A DNA stretch of 52,431 bases from an uncultured Coriobacteriaceae bacterium (GCA_964558235.1 CAZLCK010000005.1:1-52431), one strand, 5' to 3'; shown: positions 30,351-39,638, counted from the stretch's first letter. Numbers and translations are program-made. The notes: generated from the letters alone by a model not told the origin.

Positions 30351-30938
30351 GTGAGAGCTTCTCAGATTCAAAGAACAACCAAGGAGACCGACATTACAAT
30401 TAGTCTTGATCTAGACGGAACTGGTAATGCTAATTCCAACACTGATATTCCTGCGTTTAATCATATTATGGAAGCGTTTGGACGCCATGGTCTTTTTGAC
30501 CTAGATATACAAGCAAAAGGCGATATTGAAATTGATGCACATCATACTGTAGAAGATGTTGGAATTGTACTTGGGATGGCATTTGATAAATGCTTAGGCG
30601 ACAGATCTGGAATCAAGCGATTTGGCGACTGTATTTTACCAATGGATGAGGCTCTTGTATTAGCAGCAGTTGATATCTCTGGCCGTGGACAACTTCACTG
30701 GAATGTGAGTGTACCAATCGAAATGATTGGCCTTTTTGACACAACTTTGGTAAAGGAGTTCATGATTGCACTAGCTACAAATATGGGTGCGACTATACAT
30801 GTACGCTTGCTTGCAGGTGAAAATACTCACCATATCATTGAAGCTTGCATGAAGGCTGTTGGACGTGCGCTTAGTGAGGCTGTATCGATTGATCCTAGAA
30901 GAACAGGACAGATCCCCTCTACAAAAGGGGTGCTCTAA
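30351..30938 (+). CDS. hisB: Imidazoleglycerol-phosphate dehydratase
   Basis: 195 aa with a GTG start. Contains RTTKETDI and D.HHT.ED. Confidence 0.93.
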   Translation: MRASQIQRTTKETDITISLDLDGTGNANSNTDIPAFNHIMEAFGRHGLFDLDIQAKGDIEIDAHHTVEDVGIVLGMAFDKCLGDRSGIKRFGDCILPMDEALVLAAVDISGRGQLHWNVSVPIEMIGLFDTTLVKEFMIALATNMGATIHVRLLAGENTHHIIEACMKAVGRALSEAVSIDPRRTGQIPSTKGVL

Positions 30939-31577
30939 GTGGCCATAGCTATAGTCGATTATTGTAAAGGCAACCTGCGTAGTGTCCAAAAAGGCCTGGA
31001 ATCTATCGGTGTTAGTGCTTTTATTAGCTCAGATGTTGATAAGATTTCAAAGGCGAATGCAATTATTTTGCCCGGCGTGGGTGCCTTTGCTGATGCTTCA
31101 ATTACGATGAAAAACCTAGGTCAACTTGAGCTTTTACGCGAGATGATTAATGATGGAGTTCCATTTTTAGGCATATGTTTGGGTTTACATTTGCTATTTG
31201 AGTATGGAAGTGAAGGTCCTGGAGGAGACTTTGAGGGTCTTGGCATCTTAAAAGGCAGATGTGATAGGTTGCCTTCGGTTATTGAAGGATCGATGCGGGT
31301 AAAGATTCCACATGTTGGGTGGAATACTATCGAAAGAACATCTGTGCATTGTCCGATTTTAGATGTTGTTCCAAAAGGTACACATTTTTATTTCACTCAT
31401 TCCTATAGATGTATTCCCGATGAAGAAGGTGTTATTGCTGGTACAACTAATCATGGAATCGATTTTGTTTCAGCGGTTTGTTACAAAAATATCTATGGTG
31501 TGCAATTTCATCCAGAAAAGTCATCAGCTGCAGGTATGCAAGTTTTAGCTGAGTTTGTAAAGGTGTCTGGGGTGTAG
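30939..31577 (+). CDS. hisH: Imidazole glycerol phosphate synthase, glutaminase subunit
   Basis: 212 aa with a GTG start. Contains LPGVGAF, GICLG and FHPEKS. Confidence 0.93.
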   Translation: MAIAIVDYCKGNLRSVQKGLESIGVSAFISSDVDKISKANAIILPGVGAFADASITMKNLGQLELLREMINDGVPFLGICLGLHLLFEYGSEGPGGDFEGLGILKGRCDRLPSVIEGSMRVKIPHVGWNTIERTSVHCPILDVVPKGTHFYFTHSYRCIPDEEGVIAGTTNHGIDFVSAVCYKNIYGVQFHPEKSSAAGMQVLAEFVKVSGV

Positions 31578-31582
31578 AGGCT

Positions 31583-32305
31583 TTGATTAAATTTTTTCCC
31601 GCAATCGATATTTTAGATGGTAAAGCTGTAAGGCTCGCAAAAGGTTCTTATGAGGATGTAACTTCATATAACGACGACCCTGTCGAACAAGCTGCTATTT
31701 TTGCTGATGCTGGTGCGCAGTGGATCCATATCGTGGATTTAGATGGTGCAAAAAAGGGTGAGAGTTCAAATCATCTCCTGATTGAAAAGATCTTGTCTAA
31801 GGTAGATGTAAACATAGAAGTCGGTGGCGGCATAAGAACTCTTGAGACCATTGATAACTATGCAAGAGCTGGAGCAAAACGCATTGTTTTAGGTACGAAG
31901 CTCGCAACGGATCCAGATTTTGTTGCTGAGGCTGTAAAGGGGTACGGCGAGCTTTTAGTTGCTGGCGTTGATGCTCTCGATGGGCAGATCAAGATTTCTG
32001 GCTGGATTGATTGTGGTCAGGTTAGCGCAACTACTCTTATAGGGCAGCTACAAGATATGGGCATAAAACATCTTGTCTATACAGATATCTCTAAAGATGG
32101 CATGCAAAGCGGTGTTGATGTAGATCATTATGTTGAGATCGCAAAGATTGCTGGATTTAAAGTTGTTGCCTCTGGCGGAGTAGCATCGATCAAGGATATT
32201 CAAGCGCTCGCTGCACAGAGTCATTATATCGAGGGTGTAATTGCTGGAAGGGCAATATATGAAGGAAGCCTCGATATAAAGCAGGCCATCGAAGCGTGCA
32301 AGTAA
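31583..32305 (+). CDS. hisA: ProFAR isomerase
   Basis: 240 aa with a TTG start. Contains [12 protein letters not shown] and VDLDGA. Confidence 0.92.
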   Translation: MIKFFPAIDILDGKAVRLAKGSYEDVTSYNDDPVEQAAIFADAGAQWIHIVDLDGAKKGESSNHLLIEKILSKVDVNIEVGGGIRTLETIDNYARAGAKRIVLGTKLATDPDFVAEAVKGYGELLVAGVDALDGQIKISGWIDCGQVSATTLIGQLQDMGIKHLVYTDISKDGMQSGVDVDHYVEIAKIAGFKVVASGGVASIKDIQALAAQSHYIEGVIAGRAIYEGSLDIKQAIEACK

Positions 32306-32312
32306 AGGGGAC

Positions 32313-33440
32313 ATGATGCTTACAAAAAGAGTTATTCCATGTCTTGATGTTAAGGACGGCCGTGTTGTAAAAGGTGTAAATTTTGTGGATCTAAAAGATG
32401 CAGGCGATCCAGTTGAACTTGCATGTAAATATGACCAACAAGGTGCTGATGAGGTTGTTTTTCTAGATATCACTGCAACTTCTGATGGAAGAAAAACAAC
32501 TATCGACATGGCATCAAGAGCTTCTGAAGAACTACATATTCCATTTGCTGTTGGTGGAGGATTTAGAGATGTAGATTCGATTAGGGAGATGATCGCTGCA
32601 GGTGCCGATAAGGTCTCAATTAATTCTGCTGCAGTAAAAGATCCTAGCTTAATTACTCAAGCATCTTTGGCATTTGGCTCTCAAGCTATTATTTGCGCTA
32701 TCGATGCTAAGAGAGTTGATGGAGCTGAAGATAGGTGGAATGTCTATGTTGCGGGAGGAAGAATAGATACAGGTCTTGATGCTGTCGAGTGGGCGAAAAA
32801 GGCTGCCTCATGTGGAGCTGGTGAGATTTTGTTGACCTCCATGGATAGAGATGGCACGAAGATTGGATTTGATATCAAACTCACTCGTGCAATTTCAGAT
32901 AGTGTAGAAATTCCAGTGATCGCTTCTGGCGGCGTTGGAGAGCTCGAACATTTTTCTCAGGGCATTCTTGATGGTGGAGCTGATGCTGTTTTAGCTGCTA
33001 GTGTCTTTCATTTTGGACAATTTAGCATCGCAGAAGTAAAAGAACATATGAAGTCATGCGGAATACCTGTGAGAATGCCGAATGAAATTTCCTATCCCGA
33101 CCCAATTAGACCTCGTGAGATTCTAAGCATTAATGATCTCGCTTTTGACGTGTCTGGATTGATTCCTGCAATTATTCAAGATGTAAGTACTGGCGAAGTG
33201 CTCATGATGGCTTGGATGAATGATAGGTCTTTGCAGAAAACCTTACAAACAAGGACAACTTGGTTTTGGTCACGTTCAAGACAGCAGCTTTGGAATAAGG
33301 GCGAAACAAGCGGTAATTTTCAGCATGTACGCGAAATTTTTATAGATTGCGATCAGGATTGTTTATTGATTAAAGTTGAGCCGCAAGGCCCGGCTTGCCA
33401 CACGGGAAATATGACATGCTTTTATAGAGAGCTTAACTAA
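32313..33440 (+). CDS. hisF: Fusion protein: imidazole glycerol phosphate synthase cyclase (HisF) plus phosphoribosyl-AMP cyclohydrolase (HisI)
   Basis: 375 aa. The N-terminal ~255 aa carry [16 protein letters not shown] and ASGG.G. The C-terminal ~105 aa carry [23 protein letters not shown] and CDQD.LL..V...GPACHTG. Confidence 0.9.
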   Translation: MMLTKRVIPCLDVKDGRVVKGVNFVDLKDAGDPVELACKYDQQGADEVVFLDITATSDGRKTTIDMASRASEELHIPFAVGGGFRDVDSIREMIAAGADKVSINSAAVKDPSLITQASLAFGSQAIICAIDAKRVDGAEDRWNVYVAGGRIDTGLDAVEWAKKAASCGAGEILLTSMDRDGTKIGFDIKLTRAISDSVEIPVIASGGVGELEHFSQGILDGGADAVLAASVFHFGQFSIAEVKEHMKSCGIPVRMPNEISYPDPIRPREILSINDLAFDVSGLIPAIIQDVSTGEVLMMAWMNDRSLQKTLQTRTTWFWSRSRQQLWNKGETSGNFQHVREIFIDCDQDCLLIKVEPQGPACHTGNMTCFYRELN

Positions 33441-33452
33441 AAGGTGATAAAC

Positions 33453-33767
33453 ATGGGATATATGACTGAAAATGTTAATCCAGCCGATGTTTCGACTACT
33501 TTTGCAACGCTTGCTCAAACTATCAAATCACGTCGAGATGCCGATCCAGAAAAGAGCTACACCTCTAAGCTTTTGAATCAGTCTGAAGAAAAGCTTTTAA
33601 AAAAAATTGGCGAAGAGGCTATTGAAACAATTTTGGCTGTCAATAGCTCAAAAGAGCATCTTAGGTATGAGATTGCTGATCTCTTCTATCATGTAATGGT
33701 TTTGATGGAAAAGCATGATTTGACTTTAGAGGATATTGCTGGAGAGCTTAGTGCGAGAATGAAATAG
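33453..33767 (+). CDS. hisE: Phosphoribosyl-ATP pyrophosphohydrolase
   Basis: The ATG at 33453 lies 6-7 nt after AAGGTG. The ORF-track GTG at 33444 is also possible. Contains SYT..L and GEEA.E and E.ADL.YH..VL. Confidence 0.88.
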   Translation: MGYMTENVNPADVSTTFATLAQTIKSRRDADPEKSYTSKLLNQSEEKLLKKIGEEAIETILAVNSSKEHLRYEIADLFYHVMVLMEKHDLTLEDIAGELSARMK

Positions 33768-33779
33768 CAACTTTGAATC

Positions 33780-34115
33780 ATGAATGATTTTGAAAATAAC
33801 CTAGATTTTGATGATCAAATCATAGAGATTGGCCAAAGAAGAGAGCCTGATGCAAAACAAAATGGTAGCGTAGAGCTCATTTTGGATGATGAAGATCTAT
33901 CTGACTTCACATATGCTAAAAATAGCAGTAGAGATTTGGATAGTTCGCAAAAAGTCGGCAGCTCTGTTTCACATAAAATAAGGCATGATGATGAATTTGA
34001 AGAGGGAATTATAGATTCTTCGCCTCGACCGATTTCGCAAAAAATTGTTTTAGTTTTAGCTATGGTTGCAATAATTGTTGGGGTGATCTATGTCGGCATT
34101 TATTGGGCTGATTAA
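33780..34115 (+). CDS. Hypothetical acidic protein with a single C-terminal TM helix (tail-anchored topology)
   Basis: 111 aa. The N-terminal 85 aa are rich in D, E and S. The C-terminal hydrophobic stretch reads IVLVLAMVAIIVGVIYVGIYW. Confidence 0.6.
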   Translation: MNDFENNLDFDDQIIEIGQRREPDAKQNGSVELILDDEDLSDFTYAKNSSRDLDSSQKVGSSVSHKIRHDDEFEEGIIDSSPRPISQKIVLVLAMVAIIVGVIYVGIYWAD

Positions 34116-34244
34116 TATTTGGGCTTCAATGTGTATTTTAGTAAAATGAGCTACTGGTTAGATTCAATTTAAGTTCACGTAAAACATAAAACGTTATATA
34201 AGGTGCTCTTACGTATACCTTCAGTACACCAAAAGGAGCGGCGT

Positions 34245-35273
34245 ATGCCTAACGATAACGAAAAACTAGATCAAAATGTAAACGATGAAATTAATGTCGA
34301 TTTAGCTTCAACTGACAATATAGACAATAGCGGAGATGATATCCCACTTAAGACCGACATATCAAGTGATTCGGAAGACCTTGTTGTGGATGTTGACTCA
34401 AAGAATGAGGATTCATCTGGCATTGGTTATGATGATAATCACGATGAGTTGCAGGCCGCAACAGGGGAGTTTTTCAAGATTGCAGCCCTTGATCCATCTG
34501 AGTCTGCAATGAAATCCAGGCGGAAAATGCGCATAACAATTATTGTTATCATTGTTGTAATTATCGTATCAATCGCTGCGGGATACTATGTTTTGTCATC
34601 ACAACATTCACAGCGCAATGCCCAGTCTATCGAATCAAATACTGGCATCAATGCTTCAGATATCGATCTTTCTGCATCTATTCAATCTGAATACGCAACT
34701 ATTGTTCCCGATCTATCCTCACTAGTTGGACTGTCGCTAGATGATGCATCCTCTGCGCTTGGCGTTGACTATCTACTAAGTGAGAGCGAAGGTCAAAATT
34801 CTTCAGATAACGGTAGCGAAAATGAAAACTCGATTGCTACTTTGATCTATTCTCCAGCAGACCTCGGAGACACTACTTTAACCAATCCTCCCACAGTGGT
34901 TTTGACTACCAATGAAGAGGGGGTTGTTATCTCAGTAGAGTTTACATCTGCACTTACTTTAGTTGGGCTTCCAGGAGGTATGACATTTGCTGAATTGGTT
35001 GCAACATCAGATGTGTTAGATTCTGTTTTAGATTCGTGTGGAATTATAGATGGTCTATCTAGCTATGAAGCACCATCTGCAGATAGCTATACAACATATG
35101 TTGATCCAGATGCAGAGTCTAGGGTAGTCGCTATGGAATCATCCACATTTTCTGGATCTGTTACCGATCAATCTGACTTTAGTAGTTGGACAGTAGAATT
35201 TGTATACGATTATCAAGCCGATGGGGCAACTCAAGATGATCCAGTTCGGACTATAACTATCACCTTGTCCTAA
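34245..35273 (+). CDS. Hypothetical type-II membrane protein: acidic N-terminal region, one TM helix, and an extracytoplasmic domain of about 220 aa
   Basis: I trimmed the ORF-track start from 34203 to the ATG at 34245, which follows AAAGGAG. The TM helix reads ITIIVIIVVIIVSIAAGYYVL. I recognise no family. Confidence 0.65.
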   Translation: MPNDNEKLDQNVNDEINVDLASTDNIDNSGDDIPLKTDISSDSEDLVVDVDSKNEDSSGIGYDDNHDELQAATGEFFKIAALDPSESAMKSRRKMRITIIVIIVVIIVSIAAGYYVLSSQHSQRNAQSIESNTGINASDIDLSASIQSEYATIVPDLSSLVGLSLDDASSALGVDYLLSESEGQNSSDNGSENENSIATLIYSPADLGDTTLTNPPTVVLTTNEEGVVISVEFTSALTLVGLPGGMTFAELVATSDVLDSVLDSCGIIDGLSSYEAPSADSYTTYVDPDAESRVVAMESSTFSGSVTDQSDFSSWTVEFVYDYQADGATQDDPVRTITITLS

Positions 35274-35389
35274 GTTAACGCAGGCAACCTCTTACAGCAC
35301 ACCCCTAGGCGGCGAAAGTGTGAAAGTTTCGTAAGTAACGTAGGTGTCTCATTAGACGGATTTGATAACATCCTTGGCCGGCTTAAAGA

Positions 35390-35418
35390 TTGACCAATAA
35401 TCTCGAACTTTCTAGAAT
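35390..35418 (+). promoter_or_regulatory. Candidate promoter for rny
   Basis: TTGACC (35390-35395), a 17-nt spacer, then TAGAAT (35413-35418). This implies a 5' leader of about 215 nt. Confidence 0.55.
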
Positions 35419-35641
35419 TAACTAGATTACATCTGGTTGTTACCTGTTATTCTCAGGTTTTATATATGGTCTCAAAAAATGAATACGGATGTTCTTTTAG
35501 TCCGCTGGCCTATTGCCATGATGTGATTGATCTATGTCTAAAGGCACGGTCAGTACTTTTAAAACCAACGCCTTTTTTGTATTTTTGCTGCAAGCAGCCT
35601 TGATTTTGCTTGCATTGAAATGAATAAAGGGAGCGCTACCC

Positions 35642-37171
35642 ATGGATATTGTTATACCTGTGATTACGGCTATCGTTGGAGTGGTCGTAGGTGTTTTGGT
35701 AGCTTTCGTAGTTTTGAATAATAAGACAAACAAAGCACATACAAACGCCGAAAATATTATAGAAAAAGCCAATAAGGACGCTGAGACAATTAGGCGTGCT
35801 GCCGAAGTTGAAGCAAAAGATAATGCTTACAAGCTTAAGCAAAAACTCGACAACGAAATCGAAGATAGAAAAAGAGAGCTTTCACAGCAAGAAAATCGAT
35901 TAATGCAGCGTGAAGACTCTTTGGATCAGCGTTCAATCAATTTAGATAAACGCGAGCATCAGATCTCTTCTTTGCAAGGTCAAGTTGAAAAGAAGGAACG
36001 CGAGCTTAACATAAAGCTCGAAGAGGCAGGCGAGCGTCTAGAACAGATTGCCTCCATGACAAAAGATCAGGCCAAAGAAGCTTTGATTAACCGTGTTAAG
36101 GGGGAGTGCACTAAGAAGGCGGCAGCTATTATTCGTCAAGCAGAATCACAAGCTCAAATGGAGGCCGACAGAAAGGCAAGAAACATTTTGAGCATGGCTA
36201 TTCAGCGTATGGCCGATGATCAAGCTTCAGAAAGAACAATCTCTTCTGTGCCAATTCCAAGCGACGATCTTAAGGGAAGAATTATTGGTCGTGAAGGAAG
36301 AAACATTCGAACTTTTGAGCAGATTACTGGTGTTAATTTAATTATTGATGACACTCCAGAGACCGTTGTTATTTCGTGTTTTGATCCTGTGCGCCGCGAG
36401 ATTGGGCGCATTACACTTGAAAATTTGATCGCCGATGGAAGAATTCATCCAGCAAGAATCGAAGAGATGTTTGCTAAAGCGACAAAGTTTGTTAATCACC
36501 AAATTATGCAAGCTGGTAAAGAGGCTGCATTCGAGGTTGGAATTCATGACTTTGACTCTGAGATTGTCAAGACTTTAGGACGTCTAAAGTTTAGAACATC
36601 TTATGGCCAAAATGTTTTACAGCACTCGATCGAGGTTGCTTATCTAACTTCCATGATGGCATCTGAGCTTGGAATCGATCCAATTCCGGCTAAACGAGCT
36701 GGACTTCTTCATGATATTGGAAAGGCGATCGATCATGAAGTTGAAGGTTCTCATGCTATAATCGGAGCGGATTTAATCAGACGTTTTGGTGAGGCTCCAG
36801 AGATCGTTCATGCTGTTGAAGCTCACCATAATGATATTGAGCCAAACTCTGTGATCGCCGTTTTAGTTCAATCAGCCGATGCTATCAGCGCTGCTCGACC
36901 TGGAGCTAGAAGCGAGTCGATGGAAAATTATATCAAGAGACTCGAAAAGCTTGAGACTATTGCAAATTCACATGAAGGTGTTGAGCGCACATATGCTATG
37001 CAAGCTGGACGTGAGGTTAGAGTTATGGTTGAGCCTGATCGAATTAGCGACTCGCAATCAGTTGTATTAGCTCATGAAATTGCTCAACAAATTGAATCTG
37101 AGATGCAATATCCGGGACAGATCAAGGTTTTGGTTATAAGAGAGAGTCGGGCTCAGGATTATGCTAAGTAA
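35642..37171 (+). CDS. rny: Ribonuclease Y
   Basis: 509 aa. The order is an N-terminal TM helix, a coiled coil, a KH domain (GRIIGREGRNIR) and an HD domain (LLHDIGKA). Confidence 0.95.
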   Translation: MDIVIPVITAIVGVVVGVLVAFVVLNNKTNKAHTNAENIIEKANKDAETIRRAAEVEAKDNAYKLKQKLDNEIEDRKRELSQQENRLMQREDSLDQRSINLDKREHQISSLQGQVEKKERELNIKLEEAGERLEQIASMTKDQAKEALINRVKGECTKKAAAIIRQAESQAQMEADRKARNILSMAIQRMADDQASERTISSVPIPSDDLKGRIIGREGRNIRTFEQITGVNLIIDDTPETVVISCFDPVRREIGRITLENLIADGRIHPARIEEMFAKATKFVNHQIMQAGKEAAFEVGIHDFDSEIVKTLGRLKFRTSYGQNVLQHSIEVAYLTSMMASELGIDPIPAKRAGLLHDIGKAIDHEVEGSHAIIGADLIRRFGEAPEIVHAVEAHHNDIEPNSVIAVLVQSADAISAARPGARSESMENYIKRLEKLETIANSHEGVERTYAMQAGREVRVMVEPDRISDSQSVVLAHEIAQQIESEMQYPGQIKVLVIRESRAQDYAK

Positions 37172-37187
37172 GGTTGTGCACTAAATT

Positions 37188-38345
37188 ATGTCGCTTGCAA
37201 ATTTAGACTCTCAAAACATAGAAGAACAACATGCTGGTCGGCTGAGTGCTGACCAGCATGCGCATGAAGAGCAAAATTCTAGCAGCTCTCTTTTGGGCTT
37301 TATTCAATCTGTCGCTGGAGAGTCCCACGTTAGGGTTGAAGAAAATTTAGGCAATGGCTATGTAAGACTGAGAAGTTCTGAGGCTGAGCGTAGGCAGGCA
37401 AAACACGATATCAGATGTGTTGAGGATATCATTATCGAGCTTTTGCGAAATTCCCGTGATGCTCAAGCGACATCTATTTTTCTAGCTACTAATAAAGAGG
37501 GCGAAGAGCGCACAATTACCATTATCGATAATGGCAGGGGAATTCCTGAACACATGTATGAGATGGTTTTTGAGCCGAGAGTTACTTCAAAGTTAGACAC
37601 CATGAGCATGGATAGGTGGGGAGTTCATGGCCGAGGAATGGCTCTATTTTCTATCAAATCTAACTCCACTAGTGCAAAAGTGCTCGATTCTGCTGAAAAT
37701 ATGGGAACTGCTATCCAAGTCAAGGTTGATACCGAGCTTTTAAGTGAGATCAAAGATCAGTCTACAGCTCCAGATATCGAGCGTGACGAAAATGGAGACT
37801 TAGTTGTTGTTAAAGGTCCGCGAAATATCAATCGTAAAGTTGCAGAGTTTGCGATTGATACTCGTCATCAAGTCGATGTTTATCTAGGATCTCCTGCAGA
37901 GATTGCTTCAACACTGATTGATTATGGTGACCATGAAGCTTCTCCAAAAGATCTTCTTTTTAATGATGATGTTTCTGTTTTACCAATTTGCCAACGCCTT
38001 GCATCTTGTGGGTCGGCAACTGAGTTGTTAGAAAGATGCAATAAGTTGGGATTGCGTATTTCTGAGCGAACAGCATATCGTGTAATGCATGGGCAGATAC
38101 CAGGATTAAAGCCCTATCTGTCGATTCTCACTTCTAAGAAATCATCCTCTTCACAAAGGGTGGATATTTTTAAAGATAGTCGTGTTTTAAAGATTGATAA
38201 GGACGATATTGCTGCGTTTTCGCGCAAGTTGGAGAGCGCATTTGAAGAGTTGGCGAGTCAATATTATGTAAGCTTGGCTGAAGAGCCCAAAATCAAGATA
38301 GGCAAGGATTCGATAAAAGTTACCTTCCCGATTGAAAAAGAGTAG
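37188..38345 (+). CDS. GHKL (Bergerat-fold) ATPase, MutL/MORC-like, with an uncharacterised C-terminal region and a possible HTH
   Basis: 385 aa. Motifs: ELLRNSRDA (aa 84-92), DNGRGI (114-119), TSK (133-135) and GVHGRGMAL (145-153). There is no H-box and no TM segment. Confidence 0.7.
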   Translation: MSLANLDSQNIEEQHAGRLSADQHAHEEQNSSSSLLGFIQSVAGESHVRVEENLGNGYVRLRSSEAERRQAKHDIRCVEDIIIELLRNSRDAQATSIFLATNKEGEERTITIIDNGRGIPEHMYEMVFEPRVTSKLDTMSMDRWGVHGRGMALFSIKSNSTSAKVLDSAENMGTAIQVKVDTELLSEIKDQSTAPDIERDENGDLVVVKGPRNINRKVAEFAIDTRHQVDVYLGSPAEIASTLIDYGDHEASPKDLLFNDDVSVLPICQRLASCGSATELLERCNKLGLRISERTAYRVMHGQIPGLKPYLSILTSKKSSSSQRVDIFKDSRVLKIDKDDIAAFSRKLESAFEELASQYYVSLAEEPKIKIGKDSIKVTFPIEKE

Positions 38346-38497
38346 CTTAAAGAGAAAATCACTAATAATCGGGGTATTTTTTCGCAAAAAGATATAATAT
38401 CTTTCAGCGGCTTGTTTACACGTACAACGTAAGTTGAATAGAACTATAAATCTAGCAAAATAAAAAGCTTTTTTGAACTACTGAAGGTAAAACAAAT

Positions 38498-38785
38498 ATG
38501 GAATTTTTAAAGGTGTCGTCAAAATCATCACCATCATCTGTTGCTGGTGCAATTGCAGGAATGATAAAGGATGGCGTTCCTGTTGAGATGCAGTGCGTAG
38601 GAGCGGGAGCGGTCAATCAGGCCGTAAAAGCAATCGCTATTTCCCGTGGTTTTTTAGCTCCAATCGGAATTGATATTATGTGCACCCCTTCATTTGCAGA
38701 TATTCTGATCAGCGGAGAATATCGTACAGCAATTAGATTTGCAGTTGAGCCAAGGTATATCAGGGGAACAAGTAACAACGATTAA
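38498..38785 (+). CDS. spoVS: SpoVS-family protein
   Basis: 95 aa. LKVSSKSSPSSVAGAIAG...GAGAVNQAVKAIAISRGF closely matches my memory of B. subtilis SpoVS. Confidence 0.88.
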   Translation: MEFLKVSSKSSPSSVAGAIAGMIKDGVPVEMQCVGAGAVNQAVKAIAISRGFLAPIGIDIMCTPSFADILISGEYRTAIRFAVEPRYIRGTSNND

Positions 38786-38793
38786 TGATTTAA

Positions 38794-39627
38794 ATGAAGA
38801 TAATTCCAAAGATAGAGATGCATTGCCATACGACCTATTCGGATGGTGTGGTTGGTGTTGATGAGCTTTTAACACAAGCACAAAATGCACGTCTTAGATA
38901 TATTGCTATTACCGATCATGATTGTATCGATGGCTCAATTGAGGCGCGCAATAAAATGCCTGAAGATATGGTGTTGATTCCTGGCGTTGAGATCTCATCG
39001 AGCTATGAGGGCAGAGACGTCCATATGCTTGGATACTTTATCGATCTCGATAATAAAAATTTCCCCGAAGCTCTAAAGAAAGCTAATGAATCAAGAACAA
39101 AGCGCTCTGCCATTATGATTGAGCGTCTAGCTAATGCTGGACATAAGATCTCTATTGAGAAATTCAAAGAGAGAGGCATCGTTATCAACAGATCCAATAT
39201 TGCAAGAATGCTTGTTGAGGTTGGTTCTGCCAAATCATTTAACGAGGCTTTTGAAGACTACATCGGCAGAGGTTGTCCTTTCTACGTAGAGAAAAATGAT
39301 ATGAGCGCTGTTGAGGCTATCAAGCTCATTAAATCTGTTGGTGGCTTGGCTGTTATTGCTCATCCTGCTTACTACCAAGTTGTCGATGCGATCGAGGTTT
39401 TGGTTGATGAGGGTCTAGATGGAGTTGAGTGCTACCATAGCGAGCAGAGCCGTTATGAGGAATACGAACTCGTAAAATTAGCTAAATCTTTGGATCTAAT
39501 GATTACCGGAGGGTCGGACTATCATGGTGATACCGTACACCCAGGAAAGCTTGGATCATCTAGCCCATCTCCACAAGATGTTGTGAACTTTATACAACGC
39601 GGGATAGACTTAGGCTTTGATCTCTGA
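38794..39627 (+). CDS. PHP-domain phosphoesterase of the TrpH/YciV type
   Basis: 277 aa. Contains HCHTTYSDG, ITDHD, GVE.S, IAHP and GGSDYHG. Confidence 0.85.
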   Translation: MKIIPKIEMHCHTTYSDGVVGVDELLTQAQNARLRYIAITDHDCIDGSIEARNKMPEDMVLIPGVEISSSYEGRDVHMLGYFIDLDNKNFPEALKKANESRTKRSAIMIERLANAGHKISIEKFKERGIVINRSNIARMLVEVGSAKSFNEAFEDYIGRGCPFYVEKNDMSAVEAIKLIKSVGGLAVIAHPAYYQVVDAIEVLVDEGLDGVECYHSEQSRYEEYELVKLAKSLDLMITGGSDYHGDTVHPGKLGSSSPSPQDVVNFIQRGIDLGFDL

Positions 39628-39638
39628 AGGCGCAATCG

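Noticed and set aside
35466-35603. A 45-aa Cys-rich small ORF (MVSKNEYGCSFSPLAYCHDVIDLCLKARSVLLKPTPFLYFCCKQP) in the rny leader.
   Set aside because: No Shine-Dalgarno sequence precedes the ATG, and the ORF overlaps the predicted leader hairpins and terminator-like element. I cannot support it as coding without conservation or Ribo-seq data.
38794-39627. The PHP-domain protein as the missing histidinol-phosphate phosphatase of the his operon.
   Set aside because: Its motifs (HCHTTYSDG, GGSDYHG) and its ~277-aa layout look like the TrpH/YciV type rather than HisK. It also sits in an RNA-metabolism gene run 5 kb away. I kept it only as a test suggestion.
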